Source of the DNA: Mayamaea pseudoterrestris
Lineage: Eukaryota
NCBI GenBank assembly: GCA_027923505.1
Contig: BROI01000005.1
Location: forward strand, 992,001-1,056,000
Direction of reading: 5' to 3'
Length of the DNA: 64,000 nt
A program made the position numbers and the translations under genes. Below are positions 1 through 9,749 of this stretch, in pieces. A model generated the notes under the pieces. That model was given only the letters and a program-made list of their open reading frames with translations. It ran no database searches and had not been told where the DNA came from. Position 1 is the first letter of the stretch, and each line of letters starts with the position of its first letter.

Positions 1-1014
1 CACAATGACCGTGTTAGCTATGTGGCTTCACTTCCGTAGTATGCTCTCAAATTGCCTTTGATTACCACGCAATTAGTGCAATATCCAGCCTCTCCTTTGG
101 TCCATATAGACAAGAAATGTTGGCATCAACCATCAAATTGTTGCTGTGAGAGAGAGTGTCAACAATACTGTCTTTGTTTGACAGTGTTTGTGCGCGCGAA
201 GCGCGCAAAATCTTTGCAGGCTTTGTGAAACCATTGATCCTACCACCTCCCCACCCCGCGAATGTGTTTGACCTCCACAAAAACAAATTGCTTGTAGGAG
301 TAATAGTTTTAGATCGTAAGCAAATTTCGACAATATAGTATGGGAGCTGACTGGACAGAGATATTTATTTCACAAACCATTGTCAGTGACTGTTAGCTGC
401 CTCCCTGCTCCATGTCGCTAGCAGTGTAATCACCGATCATATCAAAAAGCAGCTAGACCATCGACGCTGGAAATCGACTCTCATATCGACTGCGACGCAA
501 GAAGTAGCATTGTCTCGCCCGATGAAGAGAAGCTAGCTTCGCCACAGCCGTGAGGGAAGTGTGCGTTTACATCAAGCTATGGTACGCCGCTGTTGCCATG
601 CTACCTTCCTCAATTTCGTTGCCATTTCTAGAACGGTTGATTATGATAAGGCTGATGTGGTTATTATGACTACCCCTACCCCTTCACTTATGCACGGCCC
701 GAAATTCGGAGTTTCCATAGTCGTTTCTACCGATGATGTCCTCTTGTGCCCGCGACTTTAGTGATGGAGCCTCGTTAGTTACTTCATGTGTCATGGTGTG
801 CTTCCCGTGATGAAGTATCGAGAGATACATTGAGAGCATCAGGCAGGCTTGGGCTTCGTCGATGCCGCGCAACGCGCGACTGTGCAGCCCATGCTGTCGG
901 GCACACGCAGCCGACGTTACCGTAAGCGAAAGACGACGTTGCACGAAAGTCAAAATATTTGGCTAAATCTAATTTACCTTATACCCTCAATAAACAATCT
1001 ACTAGTAGATGAAA

Positions 1015-1503
1015 TCACTTTCGACTCAATGAATCCTGCAGGAAGTTAATTCCTCGATTCCACGTCTTTCGGAGCGAAGTGCTAGAGCCTTCAAACTAAA
1101 CAAGTGGGGGTTAAGAGATGAAACGAATCTCGGAAATGAGAGATGTTGAAGACAGGTAAAACAATCGCAGTTTCGTATATGTATACAGTAGACGACACGC
1201 CACCCTCGCCAGCCGCCAGCCCAAGTGTCTCTCACTTACATTCTTCTCTTGTGTTTGTGCTCCGGCGGAAGGTCTCATTGATTCGTACTGCGCCTCGAGA
1301 GACTCTGTAGCAAAGCAAAATAAAGCACAAGAATTAGTTATATTCAGACAGTTGATAAGTCAAGAGGCTCATTATGTGTTCGCACCTCGTAACTTCCATT
1401 TCCACGAGAGCCGTTCTCGGTATGATAACTGCTGATGAACAAGAAGAAAGGACGTGCCAGCAAATGCAACGCCTACAAAGAGGGATGGCATGTGAATAGC
1501 CAT
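1015..1503 (-). CDS. Small single-TM protein, MICOS Mic12/QIL1(MIC13)-like, 3 exons (1503-1386, 1304-1240, 1095-1015), 87 aa
   Basis: GT..AG splicing (GTGCGA..CTACAG; GTAAGT..GTTTAG) joins one frame: MAIHMPSLFVGVAFAGTSFLLVHQQLSYRERLSWKWKLRESLEAQYESMRPSAGAQTQEKNFEGSSTSLRKTWNRGINFLQDSLSRK*. It has an N-terminal Gly-containing hydrophobic helix and a C-terminal 'WN' motif. Confidence 0.6.
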
Positions 1504-1705
1504 TGAATTACTGAACGATAGATGAATAGACAAGTTGTAAAGCTGGCGATGATCGACCAACGCGTCGTGGTCGAAGTCGAAATCGATGGAACGCGATTGC
1601 AACATCGTACCGGTATCAACATTCATTTTCAGTGCCGCTTTCTCACTGTCATTTTTATTGGCGCGCCAACTGCGGTATCTTGCGGCGGATGGTTTTTCTT
1701 TGATA

Positions 1706-1769
1706 CTACGAATTCGAGAACAATTGACACGTCAACGGCTTTTCAATGACGCTCAAAGGAGTCTCAAGG
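1706..1769 (+). repeat. Left terminal inverted repeat, 64 bp
   Basis: CTACGAATTCGAGAACAATTGACACGTCAACGGCTTTTCAATGACGCTCAAAGGAGTCTCAAGG, the exact reverse complement of 5399-5462. Confidence 0.97.
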
Positions 1770-2154
1770 CTTCGCCAACCAATCTCGTTGAGCGTCAAAA
1801 AACAGTTTCGCCGCCATCACCATGGCGGAGCATCGTCTTTAACTATATTTAACAACCATTACCTCGGTTTTTAGAGCGTAAGTAGAGCAATTAGAGCAAG
1901 ACGAATCCATCTGTGCTATTTGTTTTGACGCGGCGCATCAGGAATGCTCCCGATCAGTGCGTCATGATTCGTCGTCGCAGCATGCAGCTTGACGCCTCCG
2001 CCATCACCATCAAGCATCGATACATTTGATGTTTAAATTTCCTTTCAAATGCCTCACTTGTCATTTTTGTTATTCTTTTGAACAGGAATGGTTTGCTTGA
2101 AGGAAAGCTTTAAATTTGATACAACCGCCATCAAGCCGCCACTACAACACCATC

Positions 2155-3284
2155 ATGCCTCGTGCTGATCCTGCCGACATTGTCGCACGCGAGCGCTCGG
2201 CTGCTGGCTTAGCGCGGCAACTTGGAGCTCTTCGTCAAGCGCCTCCTCATCCTTCACGTGGTGGTTCCACTGGCTATCCAGTCTCACAGCGGGAGCAAGA
2301 GCTGGCTCGTGAGCAGCAAGGGCTTCCAGTCGCCATGTCGCGCAGCACAATGTATCGGTACCGAGTCAATGGAGTCAATCCAAAGAGAGCAACCGGAAAT
2401 AGGCAGAGAGAAGTTTTGGTTGGACTTTCGCAAATTGCATTGGCCATCATTTTGTTTGCACATCCAGAAGCCAGTGTTGATCAAATTGCAACGTTCATTT
2501 ACGCCAACACTGGCGAAGTTGTCTCCCGCTCTCAAGTGTCAGAACGCATGGCAGAGCTCCAGATTTCAAAAAAGAAAGCATCTACAGAAGCATACCAAGC
2601 ATTTACCCCAGTCAATATGCTTCGGGCGACATGGTTTTGGAGTCAGCCACCACCACTTGGTGTAGTGACGGTGCGGCGCAATCAATTCATTGATTTTGAC
2701 GAGTGTGCGTTCAACCTTGAGAAACAAACCGTTCCACAGGACATTCAGCCGTTGGTGTTCGCATCCGCAAGCCAGGACACTACAGCAGAGACCAGAAGAT
2801 TACTTTGCTCATGGCAATTGAGCCTGGTGACCCAGCGTTGCCTCCCAATGTAGCTGGAAGCGTCGACAATCCTCGCCGTTGGTTTCGGACGTACATGGAT
2901 CCAGGGACAACAGCAGAACGATTTGCAGACTTTTGCAACATTGTCTGTACTACTTGTGAGAATAGCGGCCTGCCTGTGGATGGAGATCGGGTTTTATTGT
3001 GGGATAATCTGGCTTCTCATGGTGCTGGCATTGTTTACCAAACAGTAGTGGGCCGCGCGCTTCCTCAACGCTTTCGAATCATACCTAGACCACCCTATCA
3101 GCCCAAATATGGTCCAATTGAGTATGCCTTTTGTATGATTGGTGTTCAGCTTCGAGAAATGTCTCGCCAGCACTGGACAGTGCAGCATCTTGAGCAAGCA
3201 ATTCACCAAGTATGCGCTGCCATTGGTCGCAGTGGCGGCTTTGATCGAACGTTTGCGCATTGCGGATACCAAGTTTTAAACTAA
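2155..3284 (+). pseudogene. IS630/Tc1-like DD38E transposase interrupted by a -1 frameshift at about 2721-2728 (376 aa if one base is restored)
   Basis: N-terminal HTH-like region (SRSTMYRY...VSRSQVSERM), first Asp motif IDFDE, then in the -1 frame LLWDNLASH and PPYQPKYGPIEY with 38 residues between D and E. Confidence 0.88.
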
Positions 3285-3485
3285 CAGAACTATTTTGATT
3301 TGTAAATAGATACTGTATTATATAAAGTAGGAGCTGGTGCGTCTATCTTAATGGCCAATGCTGATGCACGACTCGGGTGTAGCACGCACCTCAGCTCCAC
3401 GTTCTGCAAGTCTTCAAGACGATTCAAGCGCCTCCAGTGGCTTGTGAACGTGGTCTACTGTAGAGAAATCTCTTCTTTGAAAGTC

Positions 3486-5304
3486 CTAGCTGAATCGAGT
3501 GGCAAGGACATGGATGCGCTTCTTCAGCTTCTCTTCGTCTGCTTGCATCATTGCTAGGCTTCCCAGCTTGGAGCAAATGGAATTCGTATCGCGGAAGCGA
3601 GGATGATCTTGCGAAAAGAGACTGTCACAGAAAACACCATGGCCTTTGTCTTCAAAACCATCCGCTGACATGATGTCAAGCAGCAAGCCAAGGATGAGTT
3701 CCTTCTTCTGCTCAAGCTCTGGGTCGGAGGCTTGCTTCAACGGTGTACTCTCGCGCAAATGCGCTGGGCTGTTCTCAAGTGGAGACACTCGAAGCAAGTT
3801 ATTGCGTGAAACTCGGTTGCCGGTTGCTGCATTGGGAGGGACCGTAATGCCTGCTCGCTTGTTGGATGAGCTGGTGGCAAATGACATGTTGCGCTTTGTG
3901 GCAATGTCATTTTCACCAGCATTTGTTGCTGCGAGTCGCTTGTTCTTGCGGATCTGATCAATTGAGAACCCTCCATGATAAGTAGTAAGAGCACCAGTTG
4001 CTTCTTGTGCAGCCAAGCGTAGCTGCATATTTCCTTGGAGGAGAGGGTCATGGAGAAGGTTGACGGCTGTCATGCTGCAAATGTCTGGAAACAACGCTTG
4101 CGAATCTGCGCATAGATTTCCATCCACAACCTCTCGCGCAGAGCATGCAAACACATCTCGTACAGTAGAGCAAAAATCAACGGTTGGGCCTGTAGTTAAC
4201 AAGTAGATCATGTGAGTCTGTGAGTTGCGCGTATGGATGGCAAGCATGACAAGAATCCATGAACGTACGTTGGAACGAATCACCTTCACGCGCTGACAGT
4301 GCCATTTCCGCAATCTTACGATGATCAGCTGAATAGTATCCAGCGCAACAAGTTGACTTGCAAATACTGCAGCTACAATCCATGCCAAGGGGACCTTGGA
4401 CCAGTGGCCGCTGCATACCTGCATCCATCAAAGCCTTGCACGCGTAGCAGCTGCATTCGCTTGATCCGCAATGGAGCGAGTATGAAAAGCAAACTAGTCG
4501 CTGCGAGTAAGTCTTTCCGCATCTTGGCTTCTTGTTTGGGTTTGCGCCAGTTCCTTGCCAGTCAGCCAAAGCTTGCTTGTGCGTTGCGAGAGTGCGCTCG
4601 TTCCGTTCCTGGACTTGGCTTGGCGTGTCAAATGCGTTGATCGTCTTCTGTCCACAAACAGCGCACGCCTCTCGTGTCACTGCTTCCAAAGAATCAAAGA
4701 CCATGGAGTCTTGGACGCGCTTTCCATTCTTGTCGAGGATTTTGTAGGATGCAAGGGATTTGGGTTGCGCAGTTGACAAATGGTTGCGATGTGATTCCAG
4801 TTTGATGATTGCGCTGCGAAGGGAAGCAATGGCACTTGATGGCTTGCTGCTGCGACGAGTAGCCACAGAGTCCTCCATTTTAAAACATTCCTTGCTCTGT
4901 TCATCAAAGAGGTGGAGCTGAATGATGGTGCCGGCGCATTCGTCAGCCTTCCACTGCTTCAAGCGCGATTCTGGTTCGACAAGGATGGCATGCAAAAGTT
5001 TTGTGAGAGGCTGATCTGGACCAAGTAATGAAGCATGGAAGTCTGCCTTCTTCTCAATTTGGCGCTTCTTGAAGAGTTTGATGATCTGAAGCTTGTCAGT
5101 CCGGCTCAGAGGCTTGCGAGAGGTGGCGATGGGCAAGAGCGGCGACTCGTTCCAGGACGTGACGGTGACAGCATTGGTGTCGGCTACCAGCTCAATTTCA
5201 TCTGCCGCGAGACTTCCTTCATCATCTACATCCATTACTTCCATGTCAGAAGAGATTAGTAGTGACGCAACAGGGCTATCAATGTTAATAGGTGAGCTAT
5301 TCAT
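3486..5304 (-). CDS. Transposon-borne uncharacterised Cys-rich (putative multi-zinc) protein, 2 exons (5304-4269, 4189-3486), 579 aa
   Basis: ORFs 4177-5304 and 3486-4424 join in frame across a 79-nt GTACGT...CTACAG intron (4268-4190). Cys cluster CAVC...CFSYSLHCGSSECSCYAC...CSCSICKSTCC. Lies wholly inside the TIRs. Confidence 0.8.
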
Positions 5305-5398
5305 TGTTACGGCAGGGCAGCCATGGTGACGTGACGAGGCGAGGAAATGTGCGGCATCGCGTCGCCGCGCGCAGGCTCAATGAATTCCGCTGGGACTC

Positions 5399-5462
5399 CC
5401 TTGAGACTCCTTTGAGCGTCATTGAAAAGCCGTTGACGTGTCAATTGTTCTCGAATTCGTAG
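5399..5462 (-). repeat. Right terminal inverted repeat, 64 bp
   Basis: Exact reverse complement of 1706-1769, followed by TA at 5463-5464. Confidence 0.97.
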
Positions 5463-6112
5463 TATTATATTCTGTCGTTGGCTGTAGATTGTGACCAGGC
5501 GATGATGATTTAAACGCATCTGTGAGAACGCCTGTTAGATCCTTTGTGGTCTCATGTTGCAGAGAAATGACGATGATGCAAGGTGTGCAGTGCAGTACGC
5601 TCGGGTGAACCTTAAAATTGAAAGACATCATTTACTAGTATTCCGATTTGATGTTGCCTCGTCGCTCGTCACCGTCGCGTACAGTTGTACAGCATGGGTT
5701 CCGACAAAGGAACAAGCATACACACACATACTGAGTATTAAAGATAGTGTTTGCTTTGCATATACTGGAAAAACTCGCAGGCAAATCGGTCCGTCGACGA
5801 GCACCGAGATAAAATCACTTCCTCGGGATATGCCACTTGACAAAGTGTGCATTGGTATGATACTTTGAATGTATTTTGGACGTTAAAGGTCGCAAGTCAC
5901 TGTCATCGGCAGATGCGCGATGCGCCGACCCACCCTCGCTGACAATCAACTGACTTTGAGGGCAACCATCAACCAACGATCAACTTTTTGCTGCTCCAAT
6001 AACCTATATAAACAACTCATTGGTTCTAACAAATTAATCGAGAAACAATGGTGATATAGCGCTTAGTAAATGTTAGCATCGACTCAAGTTACTCCTGCAT
6101 TCGCAGAACCTC

Positions 6113-6945
6113 TCAAAACATGCCCAAACTCTTCATACTCGGGGCAGCATCAGGTGGTTGCACGCAGTACTGCTCCTCCGACCTCAGGCAGCTCGCAGCA
6201 CTTTCAATCGCATTAATGATTGCCAAGTCAATTCCATTGTCGCGCACATAGGAGAGTGTTCCGAATTTGCCCTGGAGTCTTGTCCAAAAGACATTTGGCA
6301 GGTTAAGCTTGACGCCATCGCCAACGTTAAAGTTGAGCACATTGCCCTTTCCACCAAACTGGTCCACGACAAGAACGATGTACTTGTCGTCCTTTTGTCC
6401 CTCCTTGCCAAGGTCCCAGTAGTCACGGCTGTTGGAAAAAAGCAGAGATGTTAGCCAAGGAGGTTTACACTTCCATGTGTGACAAAAGGTACGTTTTGAT
6501 CGTATCTCCAATGATATCGCGCATTGACTCACATTGCCAGTCCAGGTGTGATTGGGTATGCCTGGCACAATACACGTAGACGAAATCCTGTGTCTCTCTC
6601 CAATGCAGTTAATAGGTCGTTCATACGTTTCGCTTGGCCCGAAGTGAGAAACTTCTCAACTTGTATGACATTGAGGCCAGATTCCTTGGGCAGCAAGTCG
6701 GGCCGGTTGACGCTTTCCAATCGTGCTGAAGCAGACAGTGGCATTAGCGTCGTTGCTATCGCAGCAGTAACAAAAAATACGCTTTTGGCGAAGAGATTTC
6801 TTCTTTGATAGTCGATTGCAAGTGGAGGTACGGGAGTTGGACTGGAAAATGCATTGACTCGACAACCACTATCGTCCATTGTCGTGGCTAGCAGTAAAAG
6901 AAGTGACGCGCATGCTCTGCGGGATCTATAATTAGTAGTCGTCAT
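6113..6945 (-). CDS. TPM-domain thylakoid lumenal 15-kDa-like protein, plastid targeted, 2 exons (intron 6532-6429)
   Basis: Hydrophobic leader ending VNA-F, RR motif, then NRPDLLP...LERDTGFRLRVLCQAYPITPGLAI|RDYW...LNFNVG...FWTRLQGKFG. Confidence 0.8.
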
Positions 6946-7188
6946 GATGCCCTCTACAGCTTTTGGGTGGAAAGTGTGTTAGAAGATGATGTGTGAGAGA
7001 AAAAAGTTAGTGTGATGGTTGTTGATGGTATTGTATGACGGCGATGACGTACACTTTTCGCCGACCGCGCCAGCGCGCGCAAACAGATCCGTTTTTCGAC
7101 GCGGGTCGTCCCTTACTCCTTTCAGTTTTCTCGCCATCGCAGCCTACCGGTACGCATTATTTCGCCGAATGCCTTTGGAATAGCCGCA

Positions 7189-7941
7189 ATGGAGCTCACT
7201 TTCTCGTGGTGGTGGATTGCCGGCATCGTTTTCATCGTAATTCTCACGGTGGCAGTCATTATGAATCCACTCATTTCTTTGATACTCCACCCCGTCCTTC
7301 TTCCATACCCTTGGCCATTGGACGACGAGAATGAGGAGCAGAAACACGCCGACAAAATGCGAACCGTTGTCTTTGCTGCCAGCTTTGATCCGCCTCATCT
7401 AGGGCACTTGAGGATGCTTGAATACCTTACGCGCAAGTATGGGAAGGTCCTCGTGGTGATTGGACGCAACCCATCGAAAGAGTACAAAGTCACACCCGAC
7501 CAACGCGCTGACTTGGTTCGGATTATGCTGCAACAAAATGACACTAATATTAAAAAAGACAAGAAGGTGAATAAAGTGGACAATATCCAAGTTTTAGTTG
7601 TGGAAGGATACGTTTGGCGTACCGTCATTCGCGAGGGCGCCTCGATTTTCTTTCGAGGCATTCGCACGTGGGAATCGGATGGACCAGACGAGCGAGCTTT
7701 GCAAATACTCAACACGTGGGGACCCCTGGTGCTTGGACCGCTGTGGTGGCCCATACCGACCGTTTTTATGCAAGGCGATCCAGAGTTGAACCATCTTTCG
7801 TCGACTCTTGTTCGAGAGACGTGCTTTCGCGGCTCTAACAAGAAGGAGCTGGAGCAACGCTTGAAGAAGATGGTACCAGAATTAATTGTTTGTAGGGTTG
7901 CGAGTTTGTATGGCGCTGTAAAGGAGAAGAAGAGTGATTGA
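7189..7941 (+). CDS. Bacterial-type phosphopantetheine adenylyltransferase (CoaD-like nucleotidyltransferase) with N-terminal hydrophobic anchor
   Basis: SFDPPHLGH (HxGH), RGIR..D..E and LSSTLVRE motifs matching the CoaD pattern. Confidence 0.72.
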   Translation: MELTFSWWWIAGIVFIVILTVAVIMNPLISLILHPVLLPYPWPLDDENEEQKHADKMRTVVFAASFDPPHLGHLRMLEYLTRKYGKVLVVIGRNPSKEYKVTPDQRADLVRIMLQQNDTNIKKDKKVNKVDNIQVLVVEGYVWRTVIREGASIFFRGIRTWESDGPDERALQILNTWGPLVLGPLWWPIPTVFMQGDPELNHLSSTLVRETCFRGSNKKELEQRLKKMVPELIVCRVASLYGAVKEKKSD

Positions 7942-8269
7942 GGCGATGAGTATGTGACTTTCTCCTGATTGGAGAGGGAACGGTTGCTGGAATGTTCGAT
8001 TGATGGTCTGAGTAGCAATGATGCTTGCGCGACACCAAGTGTTATCGCAAAAGAACTTAATTGGAAGCCTGCGATTGCGGAGCTGAAAGGGTGGATAGAC
8101 GGATAGAAATTGATCGGGGTTAAGCAACCAAATGTCTCTCTAGTGAACAGCAGACTATTCATATCTACTGGGTTACAATACCAAACAGATGGAACATACA
8201 TAAATTTAGATCAAAGATGCTCATTAATATAGAGTCATGACAGCGCGCCCGAATACAATTTACTTTAAC

Positions 8270-9568
8270 CTAACGTCTGTAATGCTTCTTCTTTCGATAA
8301 AACTTTTCCTCTTTTTTGTGACTCATCTGCTTGTTCTTGAACGCAATAAAGTCCTCCCAGTATTTCTTCTCCTCGTCGCCTTTTAAAACCTTGGCTGATG
8401 CCACTTTGGCGCTTCCCACCGTCACGTCACCCGATGCCAGCTTGAAACAAAGACCAGCCACCAGATCAGCCTCGAGAAACCGAATCGCTCCACCAGCTTG
8501 TCCCCGCGAGTAGTCAACATAAATCTTCAAGTCCTTTACTTGGTCCACTGTCATGTCGAGCCCCTGCGACACGGCGGCTAAAAGAGTTTCTCGGTCACAT
8601 TCATCAGGCAATCCCTCGAGGCGAATGACGCAGCCCGGCTTCCACTCCATGGTGAATGCTGGCGCGGCATCCGCGTTGTCTTCGTCTTCGCCATGGTCGT
8701 CGCGATTTCGCTTGTTTCTGCCATCGTCTTCACCTCCTTGTTCCTTTATCGCCTTGCGCTCCTGGACGTAATCGGCCAGGCTGCGCACCGTCAACGTTGT
8801 TTCGCCAAGCGTCAATTTGCGCTTTGGTTCCATCGCCACTCCATCCTTTACAGTAATTGTATCAGCCGCCGCCGTGTCACAATCTTCCTGCGTTGCAAAC
8901 TCTACAAAGGCCATTTTTAATGGTTCCTGCGTAAATCGCTTGCGGTCATTCGACTTGGAATAGTTTTTCCGAAACCGAAGTCGGCAGAGAGCTACCTTAC
9001 CATACTGCGCAAATAGTTCTTTGACTTGCTCCGTAGTGCACAAGTACTGCATCTTTGGAATGCTACTTTCGGTAGTCGTCGTTTCATCTTTCTTATCCTC
9101 GTCCTTGATTTCTGTTGTCGAAACTTCCACCAGCGGCAAATTTTCAACGACCAACGTGAGCGGCAAATTCTCGTCCATTTGTTCCTCCGTCCAGGGCTTT
9201 TTCAAGCCAATAGCCGTCTGATCTTCCGAAAGAACAATCATATCACTCAAACTTTCAGCTGCTTTGGCAACAATCGAAGCATCCTTGGTAATCTTGGAGA
9301 GCGTGTTGAAGCGCAAGAGCGTTGCAATCGGAACCATGTCGGCGTGTGGAGATTCGTCCTGCGGATTCACATTATTGCGACGATTGCGGGGATTTTTGTT
9401 ACTGCTGGACGACGACGTGAGAAACTTGCGGAGGAAGGCATCCTGACGGACATTGGCCGAACTAAAGAAGAAAGATAGGCGCTCCTTGACAGCGTCAATG
9501 TCGACCCCCGCAGACGAGGCAGTTGTGATCGTCTCGGTTTTCGCATTTGTTGCGTCTTCTGTTGCCAT
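8270..9568 (-). CDS. La/SSB-family RNA-binding protein (La motif, RRM, C-terminal xRRM-like)
   Basis: LSFFFSSANVRQDAFL (La motif), AFVEF RNP1, GDEEKKYW C-terminal RRM helix. Confidence 0.85.
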   Translation of the reverse strand: MATEDATNAKTETITTASSAGVDIDAVKERLSFFFSSANVRQDAFLRKFLTSSSSSNKNPRNRRNNVNPQDESPHADMVPIATLLRFNTLSKITKDASIVAKAAESLSDMIVLSEDQTAIGLKKPWTEEQMDENLPLTLVVENLPLVEVSTTEIKDEDKKDETTTTESSIPKMQYLCTTEQVKELFAQYGKVALCRLRFRKNYSKSNDRKRFTQEPLKMAFVEFATQEDCDTAAADTITVKDGVAMEPKRKLTLGETTLTVRSLADYVQERKAIKEQGGEDDGRNKRNRDDHGEDEDNADAAPAFTMEWKPGCVIRLEGLPDECDRETLLAAVSQGLDMTVDQVKDLKIYVDYSRGQAGGAIRFLEADLVAGLCFKLASGDVTVGSAKVASAKVLKGDEEKKYWEDFIAFKNKQMSHKKEEKFYRKKKHYRR

Positions 9569-9749
9569 GCTTGTTGTAAATAACGATGATTTATGCTTTG
9601 CTTTGCTTTATAGACTGTACCAATTGAAGGAATGACGGCAATAGAAATACAATGATCTTGATCCATCAAACCGACGCGCGATGTTTTTGCTTGGTTGGAT
9701 GTGCACGCCGGACGCAGCGGCATGGCGGACAGACTGCTGATAATGTTGT

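Larger units (their letters stand above)
1706..5462. mobile_element. IS630/Tc1/mariner (ITm) superfamily DNA transposon, 3,757 bp, with transposase plus a second cargo gene
   Basis: Identical 64-bp inverted termini (1706-1769, 5399-5462), TA on both sides (1704-1705, 5463-5464), internal DDE transposase. Confidence 0.95.

Noticed and set aside
1..1000. Short ORFs at the window start
   Set aside because: All under 90 aa, mutually overlapping and without recognisable motifs; a gene cannot be supported.
1586..1852. ORFs 1586-1852 (+), 1522-1749 (+), 5307-5519 (-) and 5419-5631 (-) sharing identical peptides
   Set aside because: The shared peptides are translations of the two TIR copies, not genes.
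3486..5304. Cargo gene as a Fanzor/TnpB RNA-guided nuclease (mariner association, Cys motifs, RDTNS resembling RDxNA)
   Set aside because: No RuvC-I DPG-type motif or RuvC-II Glu context is visible, the Cys cluster is central rather than just before RuvC-III, and the gene points away from the nearest TIR so no guide RNA could run through the element end. An HMM search against TnpB/Fanzor profiles would settle it.
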